From positions 73,698 through 137,697 of the forward strand of contig NW_013657660.1 of the NCBI RefSeq assembly GCF_000142905.1: a stretch of 64,000 bases of DNA. Reading direction: 5' to 3'. The notes beneath the pieces are model-generated. The model did no database searches and was not told the origin of the DNA. It saw nothing but the letters and a program-made list of their open reading frames with translations. Made by a program: the position numbers and the translations under genes. Below are positions 53,403-64,000 of the stretch, piece by piece (the first letter of the stretch is position 1; every line of letters starts with the position of its first letter). Source of the DNA: Thecamonas trahens ATCC 50062 (taxonomy: Eukaryota > Protista > Apusomonadida).

Positions 53403-55846
53403 TTATCGTTCGGCGGTCACGCCAAGCAGAAGCCCCATGTCGCGAACAAGCTCGACGGCCCGCGCTCCGAGCGCAGCGTCCGCCCGCCGCCCGATCAGCC
53501 ACTCGTAGGTGACGTCGTAGAGCGAGGTGAGGAGCTCGGCCCGTGCCAGCTGTTCCGCGCTGTCGGCCACGCTTGTGTAGAGGCTCACCATCCGCCCGAC
53601 GTCGCGCCCGGCGACGTTGACCAACGCGTGGTGGTCGCTGGCAAAGAGGTAGACAAGGACTAGCTGGAGCGCGTCGGCCGGATCGGTGGCAGCGCCCAGT
53701 GCGTCCGCCACCACCGCCATGTGCGCCTGCCGCCGGCCGTCCTGGGCGCTCGGCTCGGCGCACGAGCCCGCCTCTAGCGCGAGATCGAGGACCGGTGCCG
53801 CCGCCATCAGCGCTGCCAGGAACTTGTCGATCCGCTCGCCGGCCGGATGCGCCTCGAGCGCAGCCTGGGCCTCGGGACTCTTGGCGGCCTTACCCGGTGT
53901 GCCGGCCTTGACCAGCGCCAGTAATGTGTCGCGCGGCGGCTCGGTCAGCGTCTTGATTGCTTTCTTGCGCTTGCTCGCGGTGACAGGCTGCGGCAGCTCG
54001 CTGCCGGTCGCCGCAAGTGCCGACGCTACCAGCGCGTCCACCAGCGGCAGTGCAACTGTCTTGAGGACATGCGCCTCAAGAGCGTGCGCGACGCCGGGCG
54101 ATGTCGACGCTCCCGAAGCCAGCTCGGCCACGTACCGCACTCCGGCCGCATAAACCTCGAGCTCGCCCGCGACCTCGGAGACCATCGCCTGCTCAGGGCT
54201 CGGCTCGCTCGAACCACCGCTGAACTCGGGCGCCGCTGCGCGGAGGACCGACCGCCGCTCGAGGGCGCTCCGCAGCGCTCCCGCAATCATCGCCTTGGAC
54301 TCACCCACAAGCGCGGCGGTGACCGCGTCAAGGCACTCAGCCTCGCGGCCTAGCTCCGGGCTCGCCGTCGACACAGCAGCCTCGACGGCGTCGACAGGAA
54401 GAGTCAGCTCAGCTACCAGACCTTTGGCGGCGGCAGACGCGTGGTCGGACCGCCCGCGCTTGCTCCGCGCTCCAGCCTTGCCCTCCTCGAGCTGGACCAG
54501 CGCGAGAAAGACTGACTCGTACGCGCCAGCCTCCAGAGCGGTCTCGACCGCGTCCGACACTGCAGCCCTCAGCACCTCCATCAGCCGTCCTGCGATCGCC
54601 ACCGCCGCCCCGCGCTCGTCGAGCACCTGAACGTCGCCACCGAGGCACGGCAGCAAACCGCGCTCGAGCACAAGCGCAGTGTCGTCTGGTCCAATGTCCG
54701 GGTGCAGCGCAGAGCGGAGCGAGACAAAGCCCGGGCCATCGGGCGCCAGCGCAGCGCCTGCAATGGCGTCGACTACGTCGAGGTGCGACGAAGCGACAAA
54801 GACAGACTCGAGCGCCACGCCTGACTCGCCCCACCGCGCATGCGCAAAGGCCGCGCCGCCGTCAAACCCGCACTCGGCAAGGACCGAGTAGAGGACGACC
54901 GAGTTGACCTCGAGCTGGCGCTCGACGGCGTCGACCCGCGCTTGGGTGTACACATCCGGCACCCATGTGGCAGCAACGCCCGAGCCAGCGAGCGTCCCGT
55001 CGAGCTTGCCGGAGCCGGCCTCGCGGGCCACCAGAGCCTCGATTCGCTCAGCGTGGCCCTCGGCTCCACTCGCAGCAAGCACTACGTTGAGTCGAGTCGG
55101 AAGCAGCGCGGCGCGGAGCCGGCCACGGACCCGGGCCATGATACGGTCGAGAAAGACCTGCGAGTAGAGGGCGGCGTCGAGAAGAACGAGCCGCGAGTCG
55201 CGCGAGACCAGGGCCTCAAGCTGCTGCCGGAGAAAGCTTGATGGAAGCGCGACGCGGACAACGGCCGTAGCGAGCGGAAGCACGCCATGAGCGATCGCCT
55301 CATCCAGTACCTCGGACATCAACTCCTCGAGATACGGCGGATGCAAGATCTCGTCACCAACCAGAACCAGCGCTGTAGGGTTGCGGGCCAGGCGCCGGCG
55401 GACCGCGGCCTCGACCTCGACGTACTCGACCAAAAGCGTGTCGGCGACCTCAGCGATACGGACACGGCCGGCCAGTGCCACTTCGTCGGCGACCTCATCT
55501 TCCAGATGCTGCGGGGTCACGAACGCCGAGCCATCGCGGGTAAACAGCACGTCAACCAGTTGGAGCTCTTTGAGTCGTTGCACAAGCTCCTGTCATCAAT
55601 GTTGCACATTGTCGGGGCAGATCACGCCAGCGTCGTCCGTGTCCGTATCCGTGTCCGTGTCCGTGTCCGTGTCGTCCGCAGTGAGTCCCCCACCCCCCCT
55701 CCCCCCCCCCCTCCCCAACACCACCACACAAAGGGAGTCGCACAGGCAGCACATACCACCGCATTCGACTGGGTAATGCGCACAGCAGACGGGGCGGCAA
55801 AGGTCGATTGCAGCTGAGCCTGCAGCTGGGCAAGCTCTGTCGCCAT
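53403..55846 (-). CDS. UFL1: E3 UFM1-protein ligase 1; complement(join(53403..55589,55757..55846))
   Basis: The spliced N-terminus MATELAQLQAQLQSTFAAPSAVRITQSNAV|ELVQRLKELQLVDVLFTRDGSAFVTPQHLEDEVADEVALAGRVRI matches UFL1 (RLSERNCIEIVNKL…LEVVHTLDGKEYITP…GGRVNI). Intron 55590-55756 is GTATGT…ACAG. Confidence 0.9.
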
Positions 55847-56017
55847 ACGCCCACCACCCCTTGTCGCAAGACGAGTGCCGTTGAGCAGAGAGGCAGAGTG
55901 AGTACGGGGAGGAAGAGAGGGGGGGAGCGGGGGGGGGAGGGGGGGGGGGGGGGGGGGGGGGATCGAAGCCCATTCTTGCTTATTCTCGCACATGCCCATA
56001 TCTGATCATCCCACAGC

Positions 56018-56069
56018 TATGTTCATCCATCAGTCTGGGCAGTTATGTTCATCCATCAGTCTGGGCAGT
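56018..56069. repeat. Perfect 26-bp tandem duplication in the UFL1/GH92 divergent intergenic region
   Basis: tatgttcatccatcagtctgggcagt x2. Confidence 0.9.
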
Positions 56070-56109
56070 GTGCAGAGCAGCACGTGCGCCTGTCAGCACC
56101 ACATCCATT

Positions 56110-56113
<4 letters not shown>

Positions 56114-56156
<43 letters not shown>

Positions 56157-56163
56157 CTACCGC

Positions 56164-56245
<82 letters not shown>
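56114..56245. repeat. (CA)n microsatellite immediately upstream of the GH92 ATG
   Basis: Directly visible; similar tracts at 30490-30570 and 50170-50209. Confidence 0.95.
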
Positions 56246-56246
<1 letters not shown>

Positions 56247-58555
56247 ATGCACCTGCTCTCCCTCGCCCTCACCCTCGCCCTCGCCCTCGCCCTGGTTCTC
56301 ACCACCGCCGTCGCCACTCCCGACTCCACTCTCTCCAGCCCCGCGCCCGGCCCACTCGGCCGGCATGTGGACCCGTTCATCGGAACAGGCGGGACCGGAT
56401 TCGGTATCGGGTCGACGCCGCCGGGAGCACAGGCCCCGTTTGGTCTCGTCCGGGCATCGCCGGATACGACAGGCCTGATCTACGAGATCTTCAACCACTT
56501 TGGTGGCTACTACTACCACGATGACGTCGACGGCAAGATCCGCGCCTTCTCCCACCTGCACATGCAGGGCGCAGGCGCACCTGATCTCGGCGTCATCGGC
56601 GTCATGCTCGCCCGCAAACCACCGCATCAGAGCTGCACCACCAAGTTTGACGGATGCTGGGCATCGCGCTTCTCCCACTCTAGGGAGTCGGCCTTTCCCG
56701 GCTACTACGCGGTAGAGTTGGAGAGCTGCAAGGCCAACGTCGAGCTCACCGCTCGCCCCACCGCCGCCTTTCATCGCTACACCCTCGATGACCACGAGAC
56801 ATACCTCTACCTTGCAGCCTCGCACGTGGTCAAGGACAAGTCGTGCGCCAACGCGAGCGTAGTCGTTGCTTCCCCCGACGGTACGTCGGGCGCTGTGGCG
56901 CTCTCGGGCCACATCCATGTCATGGGCTCGCTCTCGGAACGCTTTGGTGGCGTCTACGCCCACTTTTCCGGACTTCTCACCGCTCCGCCTGGGTGTGTAA
57001 TCGAGGTCGGGACCTGGGGCACTAACGGCGAGCCGGCTGCCGGACCCGGCACCACAGCCGGGCCTGGCGCCGGAGGCTGGATCAAGCTCGCGGGCGCTTC
57101 CGCCTGCGCCGGCAAGCTCGAGCTCGCGCTCGGCATCTCGATCATCTCGGCCGAGCAGGCCGCGGCCAACCTTGCGCACGAGCAGGCGACCGCATCCGAC
57201 TTTGACGCTGCGCTGGCGGCGTCGATCGCCGACTGGGAGGCGGTCCTGGGCAACGCGGCGGTGGTCGACGACGGCGGCGCCGTGCCCGAGCTGGCTACCA
57301 AGTACTACACCGCGCTCTACCACGCCCACTCGGCGCCGACAAACTATCTCGAGGCCGGTCGGGTGTATCTCGGCTTTGACAGCAAGGTCCACCGCCTCGA
57401 CGATGCGCACAACGCGTACGCGTCCGATGGCTCGCTGTGGGACGTCTTTCGCTCGCAGATGGGCCTGCTCTCGATCCTGCAGCCGGCGTACCTCGGCGAC
57501 TTTGTGCACTCGCTCGATCTGATGCGGGCGCAGGGCGGGTACGTTCCGCGCTGGCCTCTGGCCAACGGCTACACCGGTTGCATGATCGGGACCCATGCCG
57601 ACCTTATTGTGGCCGAGGCCTGGGCCAAAGGCATCCGCAACTACAACCTGACCTCGCTCTACGCCGCCTTTCGCGCCTCGGCCATGGAGTCGCAGCGCGA
57701 GGCCGGGCGCTCCGACGTCGCCGACTACGTCCGCCTCGGCTACGTGTGCTCGGACAAGAGCTCGCGATCGGTATCGAGGACGCTCGCCTACGCCGCCGAC
57801 GACTGGGCCATTGCTAACATGGCGGTGGCGCTGGGCAAGACCGACGACGCGGCTTACTTTGCCGCCCGCGCGCAGGCCGCTCCGCGAAAGCTGTGGAACA
57901 GCGGCCGCGGCATCATGTGCGGTCGGACTTGCGCCGGCGCCGTCGACTGCCCCCGAACGACATCGAGTGGGGCACGCTCTTCACCGAGGGCAACGCCTGG
58001 CAGTGGTCGTACTTTGTCCCGCAGAACACGACTGCGCTCGCAGAGCTCATGGGCGGACCGGCCGCCTTCCTCCACGCTGTCGGCAAGTTCCTCGACCGCT
58101 CGTTCGACGACCCGTCGACCTTCCTCCCCAACCCGTTCTACTGGGCCGGCAACGAACCCGACCTACTCGTCCCGTGGCAGCCGGCGCTTGTGCCCGGCGG
58201 GCGGGCGCTGACCGAGCGGATCACTCGCAAGCTGCTCGACAAGGTCTACACTACCGAGCCCGGTGGCATCCCGGGCAACGACGACTACGGAGAGCTCTCG
58301 TCGTGGGCCGCTTTTGCGTCGTGGGGCTTCTACCCGCTCGGCGGATCTGATGAGTACATCCTCGGCTCGCCAGTCTTTGCCAAGGTCTTTCTCGCCCCGC
58401 TCAACTGCACCGTCGTCCGCCATGCGGCCTCGCCGGCCGACTACGCCGTCGAGCGCGTGGTTCTCAACGGGATGCCCCACACTCCGCCGACCATCAACCA
58501 CGCCCAGCTGCGCAACGCAGTCATCGAGTTCTTCCTCGCGCCCGCTCGCCACTAG
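56247..58555 (+). CDS. Secreted glycoside hydrolase family 92 alpha-mannosidase (apparent frameshift at 57950-57954)
   Basis: Signal peptide; VDPFIGTGG, PGAQAPFGLVRASPD, FSHLHMQGAG, FSHSRESAFPGYY, YYTALYH, SLWDVFR, GCMIGTHA, VSRTLAYAADD; then in the -1 frame TEGNAWQW, GNEPD, PGNDDYGELSSW..FASWGFYP. Confidence 0.93.
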
Positions 58556-59143
58556 TCAAGGCAGCAGCCGCCGCGCCTGCTCTGGAGACGGCAACGGGCA
58601 CGCCGACGTTCCGGGCTTGTCGGCCTCGACCCGCCCAAAGACCTGCAGCCGGTGGCGTGCCACCAGGCCGTAGACCGCGTCGGCAAGCGCCTGTGGCACC
58701 ACCGCCCCCGCCACTCGCGCCATGCTCGCCCACGGCTCGCACCCAGTCGCCTGCACCACAGCCAACGCTGCCTGCGACCGCACCAGCTGCTCGCCGCGCC
58801 GCAAGTACACAAAAGACTCGGGATCGTCGCGCACAGCCGCTGGCAGGAGCGCATGGGCCGTTACGCCCTGCATCGGCGCAAACCGCAGCAAAACGTCTGG
58901 ATCATGCTCACTCAGCCACGAGACGCTCCCCAGACAAAGCAGGCACTCGCCATCAAAGAACACCACATGCTCGTGCTCACCCGCTGCCATTTCGCTCTCC
59001 TCACCATGCCCATCGCGCCCATCGCACCCGCCACCATCTGCGCGCGCCGCAGCACACGCCAAACGACGCGACACCAGGCGCGCCCCCAGCCCGCCCAGCC
59101 CGCCCGCACCGCCGCTGAGAGCCAAGCAGCGGAGCCTGAGCAT
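58556..59143 (-). CDS. DCC-family (DUF393) thiol-disulfide oxidoreductase with probable mitochondrial presequence
   Basis: VVFFDGECLLC (DxxCxxC), LRFAPMQ, VRSQAAL, ADAVYGLVARHRLQVFG; ATG at 59143 (MLRLRCLALS…). Confidence 0.88.
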   Translation of the reverse strand: MLRLRCLALSGGAGGLGGLGARLVSRRLACAAARADGGGCDGRDGHGEESEMAAGEHEHVVFFDGECLLCLGSVSWLSEHDPDVLLRFAPMQGVTAHALLPAAVRDDPESFVYLRRGEQLVRSQAALAVVQATGCEPWASMARVAGAVVPQALADAVYGLVARHRLQVFGRVEADKPGTSACPLPSPEQARRLLP

Positions 59144-59412
59144 GGCTATGAACAGTTTGAAATGAAGCAAATGCTGTGAAAGGGTAGAGTGGGTGGAGGG
59201 AGGAGTGGGTGCTCCTGATGGCCGTCAAGAACCTCGTCAGTCCACCGCACCCGCCTCTGTGCGTTGATCACCCGTCACGGCATGGCGTGTCCCATGACAC
59301 GTTTACCGCTGCGATGAGAATTAGAGGAAATCGAGTGGAACCCATCCACGGGGAAGAGGGGGGGAGCGGGAAGGGCGATGAAGAGTCTGTGCTCCAGCTA
59401 TGTGTTGTGTGG

Positions 59413-59899
59413 NNNNNNNNNNNNNNNNNNNNNNNNNNNNNNNNNNNNNNNNNNNNNNNNNNNNNNNNNNNNNNNNNNNNNNNNNNNNNNNNNNNNNNNN
59501 NNNNNNNNNNNNNNNNNNNNNNNNNNNNNNNNNNNNNNNNNNNNNNNNNNNNNNNNNNNNNNNNNNNNNNNNNNNNNNNNNNNNNNNNNNNNNNNNNNNN
59601 NNNNNNNNNNNNNNNNNNNNNNNNNNNNNNNNNNNNNNNNNNNNNNNNNNNNNNNNNNNNNNNNNNNNNNNNNNNNNNNNNNNNNNNNNNNNNNNNNNNN
59701 NNNNNNNNNNNNNNNNNNNNNNNNNNNNNNNNNNNNNNNNNNNNNNNNNNNNNNNNNNNNNNNNNNNNNNNNNNNNNNNNNNNNNNNNNNNNNNNNNNNN
59801 NNNNNNNNNNNNNNNNNNNNNNNNNNNNNNNNNNNNNNNNNNNNNNNNNNNNNNNNNNNNNNNNNNNNNNNNNNNNNNNNNNNNNNNNNNNNNNNNNNN
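59413..59899. other. Assembly gap (487 N)
   Basis: N run. Confidence 1.
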
Positions 59900-60083
59900 C
59901 CGGCGCGGCGGGTATGATGACCGGCGTGGCGGCGGATACGACGATCGGCGCGGCGGCGGATACGACGATCGGCGCGGCGGCGGGTACGACGACCGGCGCA
60001 GCGGGCGCGAGACATACGAGCCGCGTATTCGGCGCGGGCCCAACTCGGGCTCTGCTGACCGGCGCCAGCACCGTCCGTACTGA
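59900..60083 (+). CDS. 3' end of an RGG-repeat RNA-binding protein with PY-type NLS (FET/hnRNP-like); 5' part lost in the gap
   Basis: (RRGGGYDD)x4 from a 24-bp repeat, ending DRRQHRPY* (compare FUS DRRERPY*). Confidence 0.65.
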
Positions 60084-60285
60084 TCGGTCACCCACGCCCT
60101 CGTCCTCCCTGACCGACCGAGCGACGAGGCAGTATCCTGCTTACGACCCTTAAACATGTCCTCATCCCATGCCCTCGATGCCGCCGGGCGACCGCGACCA
60201 CCGCGACCATCGTCACCTTTGTCACCACCGCCATCAGCCACACGAGCCTCGCCGCCCACCACGACTCTCCCCCCCTCACATCACC

Positions 60286-61355
60286 ATGCTGCGTATGGCG
60301 GTGACACGGGCAGCAGCCCTGGCTAGCACACCAAGTACGCCCCCGTCCCCCCGTCCCCTTTCTCCCGTCCTCCTCCCCCCCCCTCCCCCCCCCTCCCCTA
60401 CCCCCACCTCCCTCCACTGTGTCGGGTACATGGGAGTGTGTGTGGGGGAGGGAGTGGGTGGCCGTGGGGAGGAGGCGGGATGTCCCCCTTCCCCTCCTTC
60501 CCCTCGCCCTCTCCCATACCCCGACCAAGGGGAACAGAGACAGTAACAGTCTCAGGCAGTGCAGGGGGGGTATGTGTGGTGGGTGGGTGGGGCACTCACA
60601 TGGGTCGTGGGTGTGTAGGTGCAATGGTGGGTGCAGGTTGGGTCCGTATGGCCTCCAAGAAGGCCGGTGGTACCACCAAGAACAACAGAGACTCGCCTGG
60701 TCAGCGACTTGGCGTGAAGAAGGTACGATGGTTGACTGTGGCTGGATGCGCATGTGTGTATGGGTGGGTGGGGGGGGTGGATGTGGGTGCTTGTGTGTGA
60801 GGCTGTACTCATGATGCTGATGATGGTGCTGATGATGATGCTGATGATGATGATCATGGCGGACTGATGTGGTGATGGCCATGGTGGGATGTCGACTATA
60901 CTCTGGTGGCCGACTATACTCGGGGGGCCGACCATGCTCTGGTGGCCGACCATGCTCTGTTGGCCGACCATGCTCTGGTGGCCGACCATGCTCTGTGGCC
61001 GACTATGATCTGGTGGCCGACTATGATCTGGTGGTCGACGATGATGTGGTGGCCGGGGCCGACAATGCAACGGCGTGACGGCGCGAGACAGTTTGGCAAC
61101 GAGAAGGTCGTGCCGGGCAACATCATCGTGCGCCAGCGCGGTACCAAGTTCCATCCAGGCGTCAATGTCGGCATGGGCAAGGACCACACGCTCTTTGCCC
61201 TCGTCGACGGCTACGTCCGCTTCTCGCACAACAAGGTCACCGATCGCAAGTACGTCTCCATCGTGGACAAGCCGCGCTGGATCAAGACCAAGCGCGAGTT
61301 CAAGGGCAACACTCCGCAGCCGACCTCCTCAACGTCCACCCAGCCATCCGCATAA
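60286..61355 (+). CDS. MRPL27: Mitochondrial ribosomal protein bL27m; join(60286..60334,60619..60722,61092..61355)
   Basis: Presequence [15 protein letters not shown]; [24 protein letters not shown]|[44 protein letters not shown]. Introns 60335-60618 (GTACGC…TAG) and 60723-61091 (GTACGA…CAG) keep the frame. Confidence 0.93.
60891..61055. repeat. ~18-bp degenerate minisatellite (ggtggccgac[ct]atgctct), ~9 copies, inside MRPL27 intron 2
   Basis: Directly visible. Confidence 0.85.
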
Positions 61356-61575
61356 ATCCCCGTCCCTCCCTCCCTCCCTCCCTCCTGCCATCTGTGGATC
61401 CCTCCCTCCAAAATGCCACCAATAGACGCCACCTTCGGAAAACCGGTCGCTCGCCACAAAACCACGGACCGCCACGTCCCTCCCCTCCCTCCCCCACAGC
61501 ACCCGCACCGGCACCTCACTCCGCCCCCCCCCCTCCCGTCTCACCCCACCCCCCCACCCCTCATCTACAACCACC

Positions 61576-63843
61576 ATGTCCGCCTCTGCCCCCCTGCTCT
61601 CGCTCTCGGTGGCCAAGTGCCCCTCGTCCGACGCCGCCCTCACCAACATGGTGTACCTGTCCCCGGCTGACGCTGCTGTCGTTGACGCGGCGGCGGGCAA
61701 GTCGCATCTTGCTGGAGCACCGTCGCGGAACATCCGCCTCATCTCGCAGCATGCTGGTCGCGGACCGTTTGTCTTTGTCTACGCCGCCGACCCTAAGATT
61801 GCTGACGGAACCGTCGGCCTCTCGGGCATGCAGCGGAAGACGGCGCAAGTCTCCATGCGCGAGCTCCTGGCCGTCGAGGTCTACGCGCCCAAAGTGGCCG
61901 GCTCGGTCACGCTGGGCATGATCGAGCTCGAGGTCTCGTTCCGCAAGAAGACCGACGCCACCGACGAGGAGCTCAACACCGACGTCATGTCCGCCGGCTT
62001 CCTCCGCGACTTTGTGGGTCAGGTCTTCACCGTCGGCCAGGACGTGCTCCTCGACTACCGCGGCATCATGCTCGTCCTGCGAGTGGCCGACCTCCGCCGC
62101 GACGGCGCGGCCGACGCTGCCGGTCGCCCGCCGCGTGACGGCCTGGTGGTCGACGCGACTCAGATCGTGTTTACCTCGTCGAACGACTCTGCGGCCCGGG
62201 TCAAGCTCTCCGGCGACGCCGCCGCCGGGCCGTCGCTCTTCAAGTCGGACTGGAACTTTGAGGATCTTGGCATCGGCGGGCTCGACGATGAGTTTTCGTC
62301 CATCTTCCGCCGTGCCTTCTCCTCGCGCACCTTTTCGCCGTCGCTCATCAAGAAGCTCAACATCCGCCACGTCAAGGGCGTCCTCCTCTACGGGCCGCCC
62401 GGCACCGGCAAGACGCTCATGGCGCGGCAGATCGGCAAGATGCTTAACGCGGTCGAGCCCAAGATCGTCAACGGGCCCGAGATCTTCTCCAAGTACGTTG
62501 GCGACTCGGAGAGGAACATCCGCGAGCTGTTTGCGGACGCCGAGGCCGACCAGGCCCAGTACGGTGACTCCTCGCCGCTGCACATCATCATTTTCGACGA
62601 GATGGACGCCGTTGTCCGGCAGCGCGGCTCGCGGTCGGGCGACACAGGCGCCGGCGACCAGGTCGTCAACCAGCTCCTCTCCAAGATTGACGGTGTCGAC
62701 GAGCTCGACAACGTCCTCATCATCGGCATGACTAACCGCAAGGACATGCTCGACGAGGCCATCCTCCGTCCGGGCCGCCTCGAGGTCCACATCGAGGTCT
62801 CGCTCGCCGACTACGAGGGCCGCATCCAGATCTTCAACATCCACACCAAGTCGATGCGTGAGAATGGCCTCCTCGGGACCGACGTCTCCATCGAGGAGCT
62901 CGCGGCGGCGACCAAAAACTACACCGGTGCCGAGATTGCCGGCGTCGTCAAGTCGGCGTCTTCATTTGCCCTCTCGCGCCACGTTGACGTGGCAGGCATG
63001 GGCGCCGGCGCCGCCGCCGGAGGCGACCCGGCCGACACCCTCCGTGTCACCCGCGACGACTTTCTGCGCGCCCTCGAAGAGGTCCGCCCCGCCCTCGGCT
63101 CCTCCGACGAGGACTACAATCTCATTATGCGCGCCGGCATGATCGAGTACGGCCCGGCGTTCGCCGGCCTCATGGACGCCGCCTCGCTCCTTGTCCAGCA
63201 GATCAAGCGCTCGGCGCGGACCTCGCTCGTCACCGCGGTCATCGCCGGTGCGCCCGGCTGCGGCAAGTCGTCGATCGCCGTCAAGCTCGCCGCAGACTCG
63301 GACATTCCCTTTGTCCGCGTCATCTCGGCTGACAAGTTTGTCTCGCTCTCGGAGCTCTCCAAGTGCGACCGCATTGTCCAGACCTTCCTCGACGCCTACA
63401 AGTCGCCGGTCTCGGTCCTCATCATCGATGACATCGAGCGCATTCTCGGCTACTCGGCGCTCGGCGCCCGCTACTCCAACCCGGTCCTGCAGACCCTCAT
63501 GGCGTACCTCAACAAGCCGCCGCCCGAGGGCCACTCGCTCATTGTCTTTGCCACCTCGTCCTCGCTGCAGGCCCTCGAGGCGCTTGGCCTGCTTAGCATC
63601 TTTGATGGTGTTCTCTCCGTCCCCTCGCTCACCACTGGCGCCGAGGTCACCGCCGTCCTCGACGGCCTCGACGCCTTTGAGCCTGCTGCCCGCGCCCGCG
63701 TCGCCGCAAACTTCTCCGGCTCGGTCCCTATCAAGAAGCTCATCATGATGGTCGAGATGGCGCGCGAGGCCGTCAACCCGGCTGACAAGTTTGAGGAGCT
63801 CCTCCTCTCCAACCAGCTCGACGGCATGGTCAAGCTCAACTAA
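61576..63843 (+). CDS. NSF: Vesicle-fusing ATPase NSF/Sec18
   Basis: N-domain (CPSSDAALTNMVYLSP), GIGGLDDEFSSIFRRAF, D1 GPPGTGKTLMARQIGKML, KIVNGPE, LHIIIFDEMDA, VVNQLLSKIDGV, GMTNRKDMLDEAILRPGRLEV; D2 GAPGCGKS, IIDDIER. Confidence 0.98.
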   Translation: MSASAPLLSLSVAKCPSSDAALTNMVYLSPADAAVVDAAAGKSHLAGAPSRNIRLISQHAGRGPFVFVYAADPKIADGTVGLSGMQRKTAQVSMRELLAVEVYAPKVAGSVTLGMIELEVSFRKKTDATDEELNTDVMSAGFLRDFVGQVFTVGQDVLLDYRGIMLVLRVADLRRDGAADAAGRPPRDGLVVDATQIVFTSSNDSAARVKLSGDAAAGPSLFKSDWNFEDLGIGGLDDEFSSIFRRAFSSRTFSPSLIKKLNIRHVKGVLLYGPPGTGKTLMARQIGKMLNAVEPKIVNGPEIFSKYVGDSERNIRELFADAEADQAQYGDSSPLHIIIFDEMDAVVRQRGSRSGDTGAGDQVVNQLLSKIDGVDELDNVLIIGMTNRKDMLDEAILRPGRLEVHIEVSLADYEGRIQIFNIHTKSMRENGLLGTDVSIEELAAATKNYTGAEIAGVVKSASSFALSRHVDVAGMGAGAAAGGDPADTLRVTRDDFLRALEEVRPALGSSDEDYNLIMRAGMIEYGPAFAGLMDAASLLVQQIKRSARTSLVTAVIAGAPGCGKSSIAVKLAADSDIPFVRVISADKFVSLSELSKCDRIVQTFLDAYKSPVSVLIIDDIERILGYSALGARYSNPVLQTLMAYLNKPPPEGHSLIVFATSSSLQALEALGLLSIFDGVLSVPSLTTGAEVTAVLDGLDAFEPAARARVAANFSGSVPIKKLIMMVEMAREAVNPADKFEELLLSNQLDGMVKLN

Positions 63844-64000
63844 CACACACACGCACGGCCCGCAGTTCTGCCCTTAACCCCCCCCCCCCCTCATCGTGAG
63901 CCCAATGAGTGTATCAGCCCCGCGGCGGCTTCCGCGGCTCGCTGCTGTGCTGCGATGTGCGCGAGAGATGGTGCCGACGCCGCGTCCCGCTTGGCGTCCT

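Noticed and set aside
56247-58555. GH92 and other frameshifted genes as pseudogenes
   Set aside because: Single break in a homopolymer, intact catalytic motifs on both sides and no accumulated stops; sequencing error is more likely
1-64000. tRNA, rRNA, transposase, reverse transcriptase or viral genes
   Set aside because: None recognisable by eye; small ncRNAs in introns cannot be excluded without a covariance-model search

Overview
Gene-dense, GC-rich, intron-poor nuclear DNA from a flagellated unicellular eukaryote. The gene content (CatSper-gamma, CFAP46, alpha-kinase, UFL1, GH92) and GTAYG..AG introns near gene 5' ends suggest an apusomonad such as Thecamonas trahens; this is inference, not proven. 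About 20 protein-coding genes are supported: a giant coiled-coil protein (>5,300 aa, running off the left edge), a TPR-like protein, a tandem-CH actin-binding coiled-coil protein, LETM1-like, CATSPERG, a DDIAS/RPA-C-like OB-fold protein, a coiled-coil + dynein-stalk MTBD + CAP-Gly protein, CFAP46, an alpha-kinase, a poly-Asp protein, a secreted permuted-papain-like protein, a ZZ-finger protein, a soluble HMG-CoA reductase with a mitochondrial-type presequence, UFL1, a GH92 mannosidase, a DCC/DUF393 oxidoreductase, a FET-like RGG/PY fragment, MRPL27 and NSF. No RNA genes, transposons or CRISPR arrays were seen. At least 11 reading-frame breaks all lack exactly one base, mostly in C/G homopolymers. 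These are probably assembly errors, but they split real genes in the ORF track. Best candidates for novelty: the motor-less dynein-MTBD/CAP-Gly fusion lying head-to-head with CFAP46, the CatSper-gamma homolog, the membrane-anchor-less HMGR and the giant repeat coiled coil. All family assignments come from motif recognition; no database searches were run.
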